64,000 bases of DNA from Gammaproteobacteria bacterium (GTDB taxonomy: Bacteria > Pseudomonadota > Gammaproteobacteria > Magnimaribacterales > Magnimaribacteraceae): contig JBJLJA010000003.1 of assembly GCA_045563495.1 (NCBI GenBank), forward strand, positions 1,000,143-1,064,142, given 5' to 3'. Below are positions 36,923 to 45,453 of the stretch, in pieces. The position numbers and the translations under genes are program-made. Under the pieces are notes generated by a model, which searched no databases, was not told where the DNA came from, and saw nothing but the letters and a program-made list of their open reading frames with translations. Position 1 is the stretch's first letter, and each line of letters starts with the position of its first letter.

Positions 36923-37342
36923 TTATTTCAATTCATTAGAAAGGGAGAATTTCTTTTTCTTAAATAAAACAAAAATAACTGTGACCTGTAAAAGAAACAT
37001 AGAACCAAAAAAGAATACGTTGAAAGGGACCATCAAAATCTCAGGCTCTGGAATACCTTCACCTACAGGCTCTCCCCCATATAAAGGCATCAGGATTGCG
37101 GCTATTACAAAACCCAAGTGAATGCAGAGACTCAAGAGGCCCGCAAGGATCTCTTTATTCTTAGACCACAATAAAAAGATTCCCAAAGAGAAAACTAAAA
37201 AATTAGTTGAGAGGCGCCAGGCTTCATGGACTCTAGCATGAGAGTCCCAGTCAGGATTTAATAAATGCGAAGTATTTACATCAACCAAGACAGGAAGAAT
37301 GCCTCCACCAATCAGACACAAGGTTGTTAAGTACTTAGTCAT
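36923..37342 (-). CDS. Integral membrane protein, unknown function
   Basis: 139 aa, 4 hydrophobic segments. Confidence 0.45.
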   Translation of the reverse strand: MTKYLTTLCLIGGGILPVLVDVNTSHLLNPDWDSHARVHEAWRLSTNFLVFSLGIFLLWSKNKEILAGLLSLCIHLGFVIAAILMPLYGGEPVGEGIPEPEILMVPFNVFFFGSMFLLQVTVIFVLFKKKKFSLSNELK

Positions 37343-37400
37343 TATTGTTTTACTCGATTAAATTCTCTATTTAGAAAGAAATTATTATAAAGTACTTATT

Positions 37401-38618
37401 GTGGAAAAGGTTGATATTGCAATTATTGGAGGCGGTCCCGGAGGCGCTACTTTGGCAAATATACTGGCCTCTAGAGGAGTGTCTACTGCATTAATTGAAA
37501 GGCAAAAGGACTTTTCGAAAGAGTTTAGGGGTGAAGGGTTAATGCCGAGCGGCAAAGAAGTATTAGAGCAAATTGGTTTTAATTTAAACGATGTAGATCA
37601 TAGAAAGATTGAGGAAATGAATCTTTTTTATAAGGGTGAACTAGAAGCCAATCCAGAAATTGAATTTCTAAAAAAAGGAGAATTTCGATGGGTCTCCCAG
37701 CCACAGCTGCTGGAAAAATTGATAGAAAAGGCTTCTGGTTTTGATAACTTTATCTTCTATAGAGGATACAAAGCGCAAGATTTAATTTATAACGAAGATC
37801 GGGTTGATGGGGTTGTGATAACCAATGGTAACGAAGAAGCATCCATCAAAGCAAAAGTGGTCATAGGCTTTGATGGAAGAACATCGATGGTGCGCAGAAA
37901 ACTAAACTTTGAAGTAAAAGAATACAAACTCCAACCAGATGTTTTGTGGTTTAAAATACCCTATCCTGAAAATTTCTTACCTGGATCTCAGGCTTTTTTT
38001 AGTTTATTTCCAAAATCTTTCTTAGTTGCCGTTCCGGTTTATGACGAAAAATTACAAGTGGGGTGGATAATTCCTGCAGGCAGTTATGGTGAGCTTAGAA
38101 AACAGGGCCAAGAGAAGTGGATACAGTATATTAAAGATAAATCTCCTCAAGGCTTCGCAGACCATCTTCAGAAATGCTTAGATGATAAGTCAATTTCAGA
38201 TCCTTTTATTTTGAAAATGACACTTGATAGGGTGAAAAAATGGCACAAGAAAGGTGCCTTATTGTTGGGAGATGCTGCTCACACTATGAATGCAGTTGGG
38301 GGACAAGGCTTAAACATTGCTTTAAGAGATGCTGTAGTGTGTGCAAACCATATTGTTCCCTTGATGGATGGTAATCCATCTAATGCATCTTTGGATGAGG
38401 CTTTTGATGCAATTGAAAGAGAAAGAATAGATGAAGTAAGGCAAGTACAGGAAATTCAATCTAGACCTCCAAAATTTATCACCTTAAGTAGTTTTATGGT
38501 TCAATTAATAGTCCCGATTTTAAGGCTCTTTTTCAGGTTCAGTTTTGTAGATAAATTAAGAAAAGAATTAATAGAGCGTATGTCTCGAGGCTTTAGCAAA
38601 GTAAGGCTAAAGGTTTAA
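37401..38618 (+). CDS. FAD-dependent monooxygenase (UbiH/PheA-like fold)
   Basis: 405 aa, GTG start. IIGGGPGG, GFDGRTS and LLGDAAHTMNAVGGQGLN. Confidence 0.8.
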   Translation: MEKVDIAIIGGGPGGATLANILASRGVSTALIERQKDFSKEFRGEGLMPSGKEVLEQIGFNLNDVDHRKIEEMNLFYKGELEANPEIEFLKKGEFRWVSQPQLLEKLIEKASGFDNFIFYRGYKAQDLIYNEDRVDGVVITNGNEEASIKAKVVIGFDGRTSMVRRKLNFEVKEYKLQPDVLWFKIPYPENFLPGSQAFFSLFPKSFLVAVPVYDEKLQVGWIIPAGSYGELRKQGQEKWIQYIKDKSPQGFADHLQKCLDDKSISDPFILKMTLDRVKKWHKKGALLLGDAAHTMNAVGGQGLNIALRDAVVCANHIVPLMDGNPSNASLDEAFDAIERERIDEVRQVQEIQSRPPKFITLSSFMVQLIVPILRLFFRFSFVDKLRKELIERMSRGFSKVRLKV

Positions 38619-38644
38619 CCTACCGAGCCAAAATCCATTCCAAA

Positions 38645-39166
38645 CTAAACTAAACTGCTGTCTATTAGCACTGCAATCAATAATGCAGGTTCGGTACCGT
38701 TATTGACCCATGCATGATTAGTCCCTCTTTGAACAACAATATCATGAGGATTAACTTGAATTTCCTCCTCATCAAGGATCAAGGTGACGTCCCCTTTCAA
38801 CAAAATAATGTAATCAATGGTATCAGTTTCGTGCATTGCTGCATTTCTTGATGTGTCCACACGATGGTGAGCAGCGCCCATTTTCTCAAATGCAGCTGCC
38901 GTTGAGGCCTCTATTACGTCTTGTGGCACACCCTCTGGAATGGGATTTATTTGAAAGTATCTAATTTTAGTACCGCCTTTAGATGGAGATAAAACAACAT
39001 CTATATCTGCCCTATCTTCTGTGGACTTAGTATCAAAGCCCCCTCCATCAGTATTCCATATTTCATACAATCCACCCGCATCCTCGCCCAATGATCTAGA
39101 AGGCGGACCTTCAATTGAAACCACTGATTTTCCTGACTCATTATGTCCGGTTATTATTCTTCTCAT
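38645..39166 (-). CDS. Cupin domain protein
   Basis: 173 aa. C-terminal HETDTIDYIILLKGD...GTNHAW cupin-like pattern. Confidence 0.55.
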   Translation of the reverse strand: MRRIITGHNESGKSVVSIEGPPSRSLGEDAGGLYEIWNTDGGGFDTKSTEDRADIDVVLSPSKGGTKIRYFQINPIPEGVPQDVIEASTAAAFEKMGAAHHRVDTSRNAAMHETDTIDYIILLKGDVTLILDEEEIQVNPHDIVVQRGTNHAWVNNGTEPALLIAVLIDSSLV

Positions 39167-39254
39167 TTTTCTCCCTTAAAGTTATTCCCCTTTATAGGCA
39201 GAGGATAACAAATTAATTGTTTTGGGTAATTAAGAATAATTTAGTCTTTAGTCT

Positions 39255-39653
39255 TTAGTGACAGTCATCACACTCTATTTCCCTACAAAGTCTGTAGTTT
39301 TTAAAGTGTGAAAAGGCAACCAACAATGCACCTATAGTGGTGAGGACCTTTTCACCTGCCTCTCCCCACAATAGAGCCCCAAGAGTGACAGCTAAAACAA
39401 GGACCAGAATGCCAGATAAACCAACGTACAAATAAATAAAGGATTTATGGTTTTTTACGCCAGTGAATAGAGCATAAAGACTAACAGGAATTGCTATAAA
39501 CAAAATTGCATAATGTATAAGTTCATTATTATAGGAAAGTGATATATAGCCTGAGAGAAAAACCAAAAAAGAGGGTGCCAATAGACAGTGCACTAAACAT
39601 AGTGCCGATAAGCTAATGGCAGTTTTGTCTGAATATTCTTGCGTTAATCTCAT
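39255..39653 (-). CDS. MerC-domain membrane protein with Cys/His-rich C-terminal tail
   Basis: 132 aa. SALCLVHCLLAP in TM1, 4 TM, tail CREIECDDCH. Confidence 0.6.
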   Translation of the reverse strand: MRLTQEYSDKTAISLSALCLVHCLLAPSFLVFLSGYISLSYNNELIHYAILFIAIPVSLYALFTGVKNHKSFIYLYVGLSGILVLVLAVTLGALLWGEAGEKVLTTIGALLVAFSHFKNYRLCREIECDDCH

Positions 39654-39727
39654 GATTTTGAATGCGGGCGAAGAACTTTAAGTTATTAAGTTAAAAAATA
39701 CAAATAAAATTATAGTTCTAGATTTTT

Positions 39728-39997
39728 TCATACGGGCCTATATAAAACAGTAATGCTCCCAATCTGGCTTACTACCTCGGCACCAAGAAGATTTTCAATA
39801 TTCTTTCCTTGTTTGATGCGTTCATCTTTATCGGCACCCCTAATACTTACCTTTATCAGTTCATGAGCATTAAGGGCTATATCTATTTCACTAAGCACTG
39901 CCTCTGTAAGGCCTAGCTGGCCAATCATGACTACTGGCTTTAATGGATGGGCCTGAGTTCTCAAATTTTTTCTTTCCGAATTAGAAAGGTTGCTCAT
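39728..39997 (-). CDS. yhbY: Ribosome-assembly RNA-binding protein YhbY (CRM domain)
   Basis: LRTQAHPLKPVVMIGQLGLTEAVLSEIDIALNAHELIKV...G.....VLYR. The start is at ATG 39997 with GAGG 6 nt upstream. The track ORF extends 17 codons further. Confidence 0.85.
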   Translation of the reverse strand: MSNLSNSERKNLRTQAHPLKPVVMIGQLGLTEAVLSEIDIALNAHELIKVSIRGADKDERIKQGKNIENLLGAEVVSQIGSITVLYRPV

Positions 39998-40013
39998 ATT
40001 TACCTCGTTGCCC

Positions 40014-40952
40014 CTATGTAGATGTTGTATTTGATAAAAGAAACTCAATTGAATCTTTCATTGAAGCCTTTCTGGCTTTCCAGTTCCTTCCCAGGTGAGC
40101 ACCTATCTTAGCTCTGTCTTTAAAAATCTTAGTTCTTTCATGCGGCTCATTCATTGGCGTTCTCTTTCCTTCTTTATCTTCATGATAATGATGTCCATCT
40201 TTTCCCACAAAAGTATGCCTGGCCCCAACCGCTATGGCATTAGGAACATAAACAACCGGATCTATTGAATCAAAGGAATGGTGACCACCTTCATAAACAA
40301 TTAAGTTGCTGTTACCTCCGTTTTGGTTGATTGCTGGTGAAAGTTTCTCAATGAGAACTGCGGGTGTGTAATCGTCATCGGCACCAATGAGAGTTAAGAG
40401 TGGTGATTTACTCCATCGCATCTCTTCTGGCCACATAAATGCACCTGGATAAAAGGCTAAGTGACCAGCAAACCTCTCGCCATCGGGTGCTAATTTCTCT
40501 GCAAGTGGTTCCCAAGCTGAATATATAGCCGTACTGCCTCCAAGGCTCCATCCGGCAATGAAGATTTTCGAACTATCTATGTCTGGGTGCTTCGATAGAA
40601 TTTTTAAGGCATTAAAACAATCGGTCATAACTGTTGCTAATGTCACTTGTATTTGATCTTCAACAATAGAAACGACATGTCTAGCATCAAAACTGTTTAC
40701 TCTAAAAATGGCAAAACCATTATTCAGAAAATTGACTGAGTGCTCATGGTGATGACCCCTCCAACCCATACTTCCATGCATACAAATAACCAAAGGATAT
40801 TTTTCTTTCTTTTCATCGGGGAAAATTAGAGAACCGAACATGTGTTGTTCTTCACATTCCTGAGATGTCAAAATATGGAAAAATTCAAAGGGGTTAGAAG
40901 ACTTATAAGTTATTACACCATCATCACCTGATTTAAATTTATGCTCAGACAT
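40014..40952 (-). CDS. Dienelactone-hydrolase-like alpha/beta hydrolase
   Basis: 312 aa. ICMHGSMGW, GWSLGG elbow and GGHHSF. GC content is visibly above the surroundings. Confidence 0.65.
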   Translation of the reverse strand: MSEHKFKSGDDGVITYKSSNPFEFFHILTSQECEEQHMFGSLIFPDEKKEKYPLVICMHGSMGWRGHHHEHSVNFLNNGFAIFRVNSFDARHVVSIVEDQIQVTLATVMTDCFNALKILSKHPDIDSSKIFIAGWSLGGSTAIYSAWEPLAEKLAPDGERFAGHLAFYPGAFMWPEEMRWSKSPLLTLIGADDDYTPAVLIEKLSPAINQNGGNSNLIVYEGGHHSFDSIDPVVYVPNAIAVGARHTFVGKDGHHYHEDKEGKRTPMNEPHERTKIFKDRAKIGAHLGRNWKARKASMKDSIEFLLSNTTST

Positions 40953-40963
40953 ATGGATTAAGC

Positions 40964-42181
40964 TTAATCTAATTGCTGTTTAAAACGTTCGCCCCGTTCT
41001 TTAGCCAGTTTAAAAGCAGCCTGCGTCTCAGCCTCTACCTCGGCATTCTGTTTTTGACGAAGTTCTTCATATTCTTCAGTCCACCATCGCCTTGTAACTT
41101 GGGGAAAGGTACCCATCCGATTAACGCTAGCATTAGCACCCCGGTCGCGTCCGGACTCATAACCTGCTGCTCCAACTGAACTAGCTTCAGATTTGCCAAA
41201 AGGTATCAAGTCTCCTTCCATTTTAGGTAATAAAAAGTAAGGCATAGAAACTCGCGTTTCACCATCAGGTATCAAAGTTGTATTCACACGATGAAGAGTG
41301 GCTGAATATCTTCCTTCACTTAAGTGCATTAAAGTTCCACCAGTATTGACTATGACCGACCCCGGAATAACAGGTACATGATAGTCTCCAGGTGCTGTCT
41401 GACATGTTACAGGCGCATCGATCCACTGACCTTCTCCAGCTACTACTTGCAATCCAGGGCGGTCGTTGATCAACAACGCTATAAATGGAGGTCCATCTAT
41501 ATGAGCACCCACTCTACGACTAGAAAATTTCTGATATTCTTTCTTAACATTTGCCCGATCTTCTTCTGCAAAAGCTTGAAGACTGTAATTATGATTTAAG
41601 CTGGCAGCCAAATCAGGATTTTCAAAATCAAAATACTCTCGAAATGCTGCAACATCTTCCCCCAAAGACTCTACAATGGCCTCGCCCAATTCATGCGTCA
41701 ATTTATGATAGCGACCATTCAAGTCATCAATCAAAGGTCGAAAGCCCGGTAGTGAACTGTCATCTGGCCAAGTGTTGGGGCCTCGAAAGAGTCGATGATG
41801 AATTGGTTGGGTTTTGTCATCGAAGTCGCACAATGGCTCTTGTTCAAACCCATACTGAAAAGCTTCTATAACCTGACCATGCCCACGATCAGCCGGTGTC
41901 GGTAAGCTATAGCCTCGAAAGTAGGGTGTATTGGAGATATGAGCTGTTTTTTTTAAATCCATGTCTGCATCAAAGAAACCCCGAACTTCACGAAATGCTT
42001 TTTTTTGGAATTCATCAGACAATCCAGGTGCATTGGTCAGGACCATAAATCCAAATTCGGACAAGGCATATGAAAGGTCTTTAAAAAACCTATCAGGATT
42101 TGATTCTCTGTCTAGCCAGTCAACTTTTGGTAGCTCTAAGCTATTTGCCTTGTTTGTTGTTTCAGTCATATTTTTCCCCAA
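40964..42181 (-). CDS. Fe(II)/2-oxoglutarate oxygenase, isopenicillin-N-synthase-like, with charged C-terminal extension
   Basis: 405 aa. DIOX_N-like N-terminus (FGFMVLTN), HID facial triad start (GAHIDGPP), distal ATLHRV, and a C-terminal ~50 aa EEYEELRQKQNAEVEAETQAAFKLAKERGERFKQQLD. Confidence 0.75.
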   Translation of the reverse strand: MGKNMTETTNKANSLELPKVDWLDRESNPDRFFKDLSYALSEFGFMVLTNAPGLSDEFQKKAFREVRGFFDADMDLKKTAHISNTPYFRGYSLPTPADRGHGQVIEAFQYGFEQEPLCDFDDKTQPIHHRLFRGPNTWPDDSSLPGFRPLIDDLNGRYHKLTHELGEAIVESLGEDVAAFREYFDFENPDLAASLNHNYSLQAFAEEDRANVKKEYQKFSSRRVGAHIDGPPFIALLINDRPGLQVVAGEGQWIDAPVTCQTAPGDYHVPVIPGSVIVNTGGTLMHLSEGRYSATLHRVNTTLIPDGETRVSMPYFLLPKMEGDLIPFGKSEASSVGAAGYESGRDRGANASVNRMGTFPQVTRRWWTEEYEELRQKQNAEVEAETQAAFKLAKERGERFKQQLD

Positions 42182-42221
42182 TACAATAATCTACATTAAC
42201 GGTTTTATTAGCTTCTGTGAA

Positions 42222-43391
42222 CTATTCCACCGATACACTTTTGAGCATAACATCATCCTCAAACTTGTCTAACTTGGTCAGATACAGTGCCAAGTTCTTG
42301 TGCAGATGACTAATCGCCGATTCAAAACGACCGAATCTATAATGGGTGTTTGCGCCAGAACCTATGGCCGCCTGAATGTCAGTGACAACCTTGGCATCTT
42401 CTTTATCGCCGGTATCGGATAGAAACGCGACATCCTTCTTGGCACGAGCTAAGGCGTCATCTGAAGGTTCACAGCCATCAACCGTGGGGAGCGTCAGCCT
42501 ATAATCAAAGTATCGAGTACGTGTAGGCGACTCAGGTTCGGCAAAGCTCACACCGTAATGTTGTGCGAGACGGGTAACCGAGGTAAAAGGAAATATACGA
42601 TTGACCAATGTAACCATGCGATCAAGTGATACATTTTCTCGAGGTGCGTCACGTAATTTTTCAATACGTCTAAAGGGATAGCAAACGCGGGAGTTCGGCC
42701 CCTGCATTTCAACAACATTTAGATTGTCATAACCATATGGGAAGAAAGACTCCGGGTGTGTTGGCTTGATGTGATAACCCTCGAGCGTCCCCTCTGCCGT
42801 TAATTTCCAATTGACTTCTTCGACCTTTTCCTGGGACTCAAATATTACCTGATCATCGGTCAGAAGATCTGGGAGAGATTCTAAAGCACCAAGCCCAACG
42901 GGCTCATCCTGCGTGACAAAAACCAAACCACTTTGGATATCAACCGAGTGCACCGGAACCAAACCATTACTGCTTTTATCAAGTTCAGGGAAACCATGTT
43001 CATGAGGCACATACTCTAATCGACCATCGAGTCGGTACGCCCAACCATGGTAATTACAACGAAAGATTTTCGTACATCCTGCGCCATCCGCCAATTGCAT
43101 ACCGCGATGACGGCAGGCATTACGAAATGCGCGTATCTTGCCATCTTGGTCTCGAACAACAACAATCGGTACGCCAGCCGAACTACGCGCGACGTATGAA
43201 CCTGGCTCAGGCAGAGCCGCGACAGGACAAAAGGGTATCGGAAGTCGTCGCATGAGCCTCCGTTCCGCATCAAATCGAATTTGTGAAGCGTAATTCTCAA
43301 CCGGCTCGAACCACTCTTCATCACCTAGATCTGTTGTACTGTTATCTATATGGTCAAGGATGTAATCAAGGAGTTCCGCGTCGTTTCGCAT
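42222..43391 (-). CDS. Rieske [2Fe-2S] non-heme-iron oxygenase, alpha-subunit type
   Basis: 389 aa. CRHRG...CNYHGW Rieske motif. EGYHIKPTH mononuclear-iron motif. No beta subunit, ferredoxin or reductase gene is nearby. Confidence 0.85.
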   Translation of the reverse strand: MRNDAELLDYILDHIDNSTTDLGDEEWFEPVENYASQIRFDAERRLMRRLPIPFCPVAALPEPGSYVARSSAGVPIVVVRDQDGKIRAFRNACRHRGMQLADGAGCTKIFRCNYHGWAYRLDGRLEYVPHEHGFPELDKSSNGLVPVHSVDIQSGLVFVTQDEPVGLGALESLPDLLTDDQVIFESQEKVEEVNWKLTAEGTLEGYHIKPTHPESFFPYGYDNLNVVEMQGPNSRVCYPFRRIEKLRDAPRENVSLDRMVTLVNRIFPFTSVTRLAQHYGVSFAEPESPTRTRYFDYRLTLPTVDGCEPSDDALARAKKDVAFLSDTGDKEDAKVVTDIQAAIGSGANTHYRFGRFESAISHLHKNLALYLTKLDKFEDDVMLKSVSVE

Positions 43392-43615
43392 TTTGTTGGC
43401 CTAGTGTTTATGGTTAGCTAGTGTGGACAGCATTATATAACTGTGTGTTTATTTTAACCAAGCTGAACTCCAGATAAGTATTCATGATAGTTGTAAGCCA
43501 ACGAAGTAATTAAAACTCTAAAAAGAAGATAGTTAATTCGACAAACGAAACTACTTCACCGTGACTGATTGGAACAAAACAGTGAATCACTCTATTTTTA
43601 GTTCTCTGTTCAAAC

Positions 43616-45451
43616 TTACTCGACGGTAACTGACTTGGCCAAGTTTCTTGGCTGGTCAATATCGGTGCCCTTGAGAATGGCCACGTGGTAAGCAAGCAGC
43701 TGAAGAGGTATAGAGTAAATGAGCGGTGCAATAAGTTCAGGTATTTCGGGCAACTCTATAAACTTAGTTATGGATTCATCATTGTGATGAGCTTTGGAAT
43801 GTCCAAATACGTAGAGCTTTCCGCCTCTTGCTCGAACCTCTTCTAAGTTGGATTGAAGTTTTTCAAGTAAATCGTCATTTGGCGCAACCGCTACCACGGG
43901 CATCTCAGAGTCCACAAGCGCAAGCGGTCCATGTTTCAGCTCTCCTGCGGGATAAGCTTCTGCATGAATGTAAGAAATTTCTTTAAGCTTTAGGGCTCCT
44001 TCCATGGCAACGGGATAATGTATGCCCCTGCCTAGAAATAAAGCATGTTCCTTTTGATCAAAGTCTTCTGCCATTTCTATGATCTGATCTTCGAGGCCCA
44101 TTACAGCATCCAGAGATTCAGGTAATGCCCTAAGAGAGTTATTAATAGCATTTTCTGCGACAGATGAAAGGCCATGATACCTGCCAAGTATTAAGGTTAA
44201 CATCAGCAAACCAACGAGCTGGGTTGTGAATGCTTTTGTAGAAGCAACGCCTATCTCTGGACCGGCTTTAGTTAAAAAAACCAAGTCCGATTCGCGCGCT
44301 AAGGAACTAGAAGGTACATTACATATCCCAAGGCGCGCCAAATATCCTGCGTCCTTAGCTGCACTCAAACAAGCGAGTGTGTCTGCTGTCTCTCCTGACT
44401 GAGAGATTGTTATAAATAAAGTATTAGGTGCCACAACTTTATTTCTATACCTAAACTCACTTGCCACTTCAACGCTGCAAGGTAAACCGGCAAGACCTTC
44501 GAGCCAATATTTAGCTACTGTACCGGCATGAAAGCTGGTTCCGCATGCTACGATTTGAACCGCTTGAACGTCTTTAAAAATCTCGGGCGCTTTGGGGCCA
44601 AAAATTTCTTCTTGAACACCTGAATCTGTTAATTGTCCATCCAATAAACCTTTTATTTTAGCGGGCTGTTCATTAATTTCCTTGAGCATGAAATGTCTGT
44701 ATTCACCCTTGTCTACTGTTTCACCTAAAGACTTTGCCACTACTACAGGCCTTTGAACCTCATCATCATTTACGTTCCAGTACTTAATACCCGTTGAAGT
44801 TATTTCAGCGAGATCGCCCTCTTCTAGGAATACAAAATTCTCCGCAAAGTCAGCTAAAGCCAGTTGATCGGAAGCAATAAAATTTTCTCCGTGCCCCATA
44901 CCCACAACCAATGGGCTTCCTTTTCTCGCTGCAGCCAATAAGCCCGGTTCCGTTTCACTAACAGCTCCTATTGCATAAGCACCCCTTAGATCCTTAACGG
45001 CCATTTTTAGTGCCTCCATTAAGGACAGGTCATTTTCTGACATCTTTGCATGTATCAAATGGGCTATAACTTCTGTGTCAGTTTCCGATTCGAATGTATA
45101 CCCAAGAGCCTTGAGGGTGGTTCTTATTTCTTGGTGATTCTCAATTATGCCATTATGAATAACGAAGACTTTTTGATTTGAGTGATGTGGGTGGGCATTA
45201 GCTTTAGTTGGCAAACCATGGGTTGCCCACCTGGTGTGTGCGATACCCGTATTTCCATTGACCGGGTTATTGTCTATCGAGCTTTGTAACTCTGCAACCT
45301 TGCCCGTACTCTTAAAGACCTGAATATTTTGGGCTTCATCAAAAATAGCCAATCCAGCGGAATCATATCCTCTATATTCTTGTCTCAAGAGGCCTATCAG
45401 CAGTTTATCTACCGAAGGTTTGCTGGATGCAACGCCTATAATTCCACACAT
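43616..45451 (-). CDS. glmS: Glutamine--fructose-6-phosphate aminotransferase
   Basis: 611 aa. MCGIIG N-terminal nucleophile, two SIS domains, C-terminal LAKSVTVE. Confidence 0.97.
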   Translation of the reverse strand: MCGIIGVASSKPSVDKLLIGLLRQEYRGYDSAGLAIFDEAQNIQVFKSTGKVAELQSSIDNNPVNGNTGIAHTRWATHGLPTKANAHPHHSNQKVFVIHNGIIENHQEIRTTLKALGYTFESETDTEVIAHLIHAKMSENDLSLMEALKMAVKDLRGAYAIGAVSETEPGLLAAARKGSPLVVGMGHGENFIASDQLALADFAENFVFLEEGDLAEITSTGIKYWNVNDDEVQRPVVVAKSLGETVDKGEYRHFMLKEINEQPAKIKGLLDGQLTDSGVQEEIFGPKAPEIFKDVQAVQIVACGTSFHAGTVAKYWLEGLAGLPCSVEVASEFRYRNKVVAPNTLFITISQSGETADTLACLSAAKDAGYLARLGICNVPSSSLARESDLVFLTKAGPEIGVASTKAFTTQLVGLLMLTLILGRYHGLSSVAENAINNSLRALPESLDAVMGLEDQIIEMAEDFDQKEHALFLGRGIHYPVAMEGALKLKEISYIHAEAYPAGELKHGPLALVDSEMPVVAVAPNDDLLEKLQSNLEEVRARGGKLYVFGHSKAHHNDESITKFIELPEIPELIAPLIYSIPLQLLAYHVAILKGTDIDQPRNLAKSVTVE

Positions 45452-45453
45452 AA

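Noticed and set aside
40014-43615. An intact Tn7-like transposon or other mobile element at the glmS attachment site.
   Set aside because: No tnsA/B/C/D-like, integrase or recombinase ORF appears anywhere in the window. I could not identify convincing terminal inverted repeats or a target-site duplication. Only compositional and positional evidence remains, which is reported as a finding.
43510-43731. 73-aa ORF overlapping the 3' end of glmS and extending into the glmS-downstream spacer.
   Set aside because: It shares its strand and about half its length with the glmS coding sequence in another frame. It has no motif and no convincing ribosome-binding site, so it is treated as spurious.
45452-45453. 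A glmS ribozyme or riboswitch upstream of glmS.
   Set aside because: glmS follows glmU with a 2-nt gap, so there is no leader. That ribozyme is also a Gram-positive feature.
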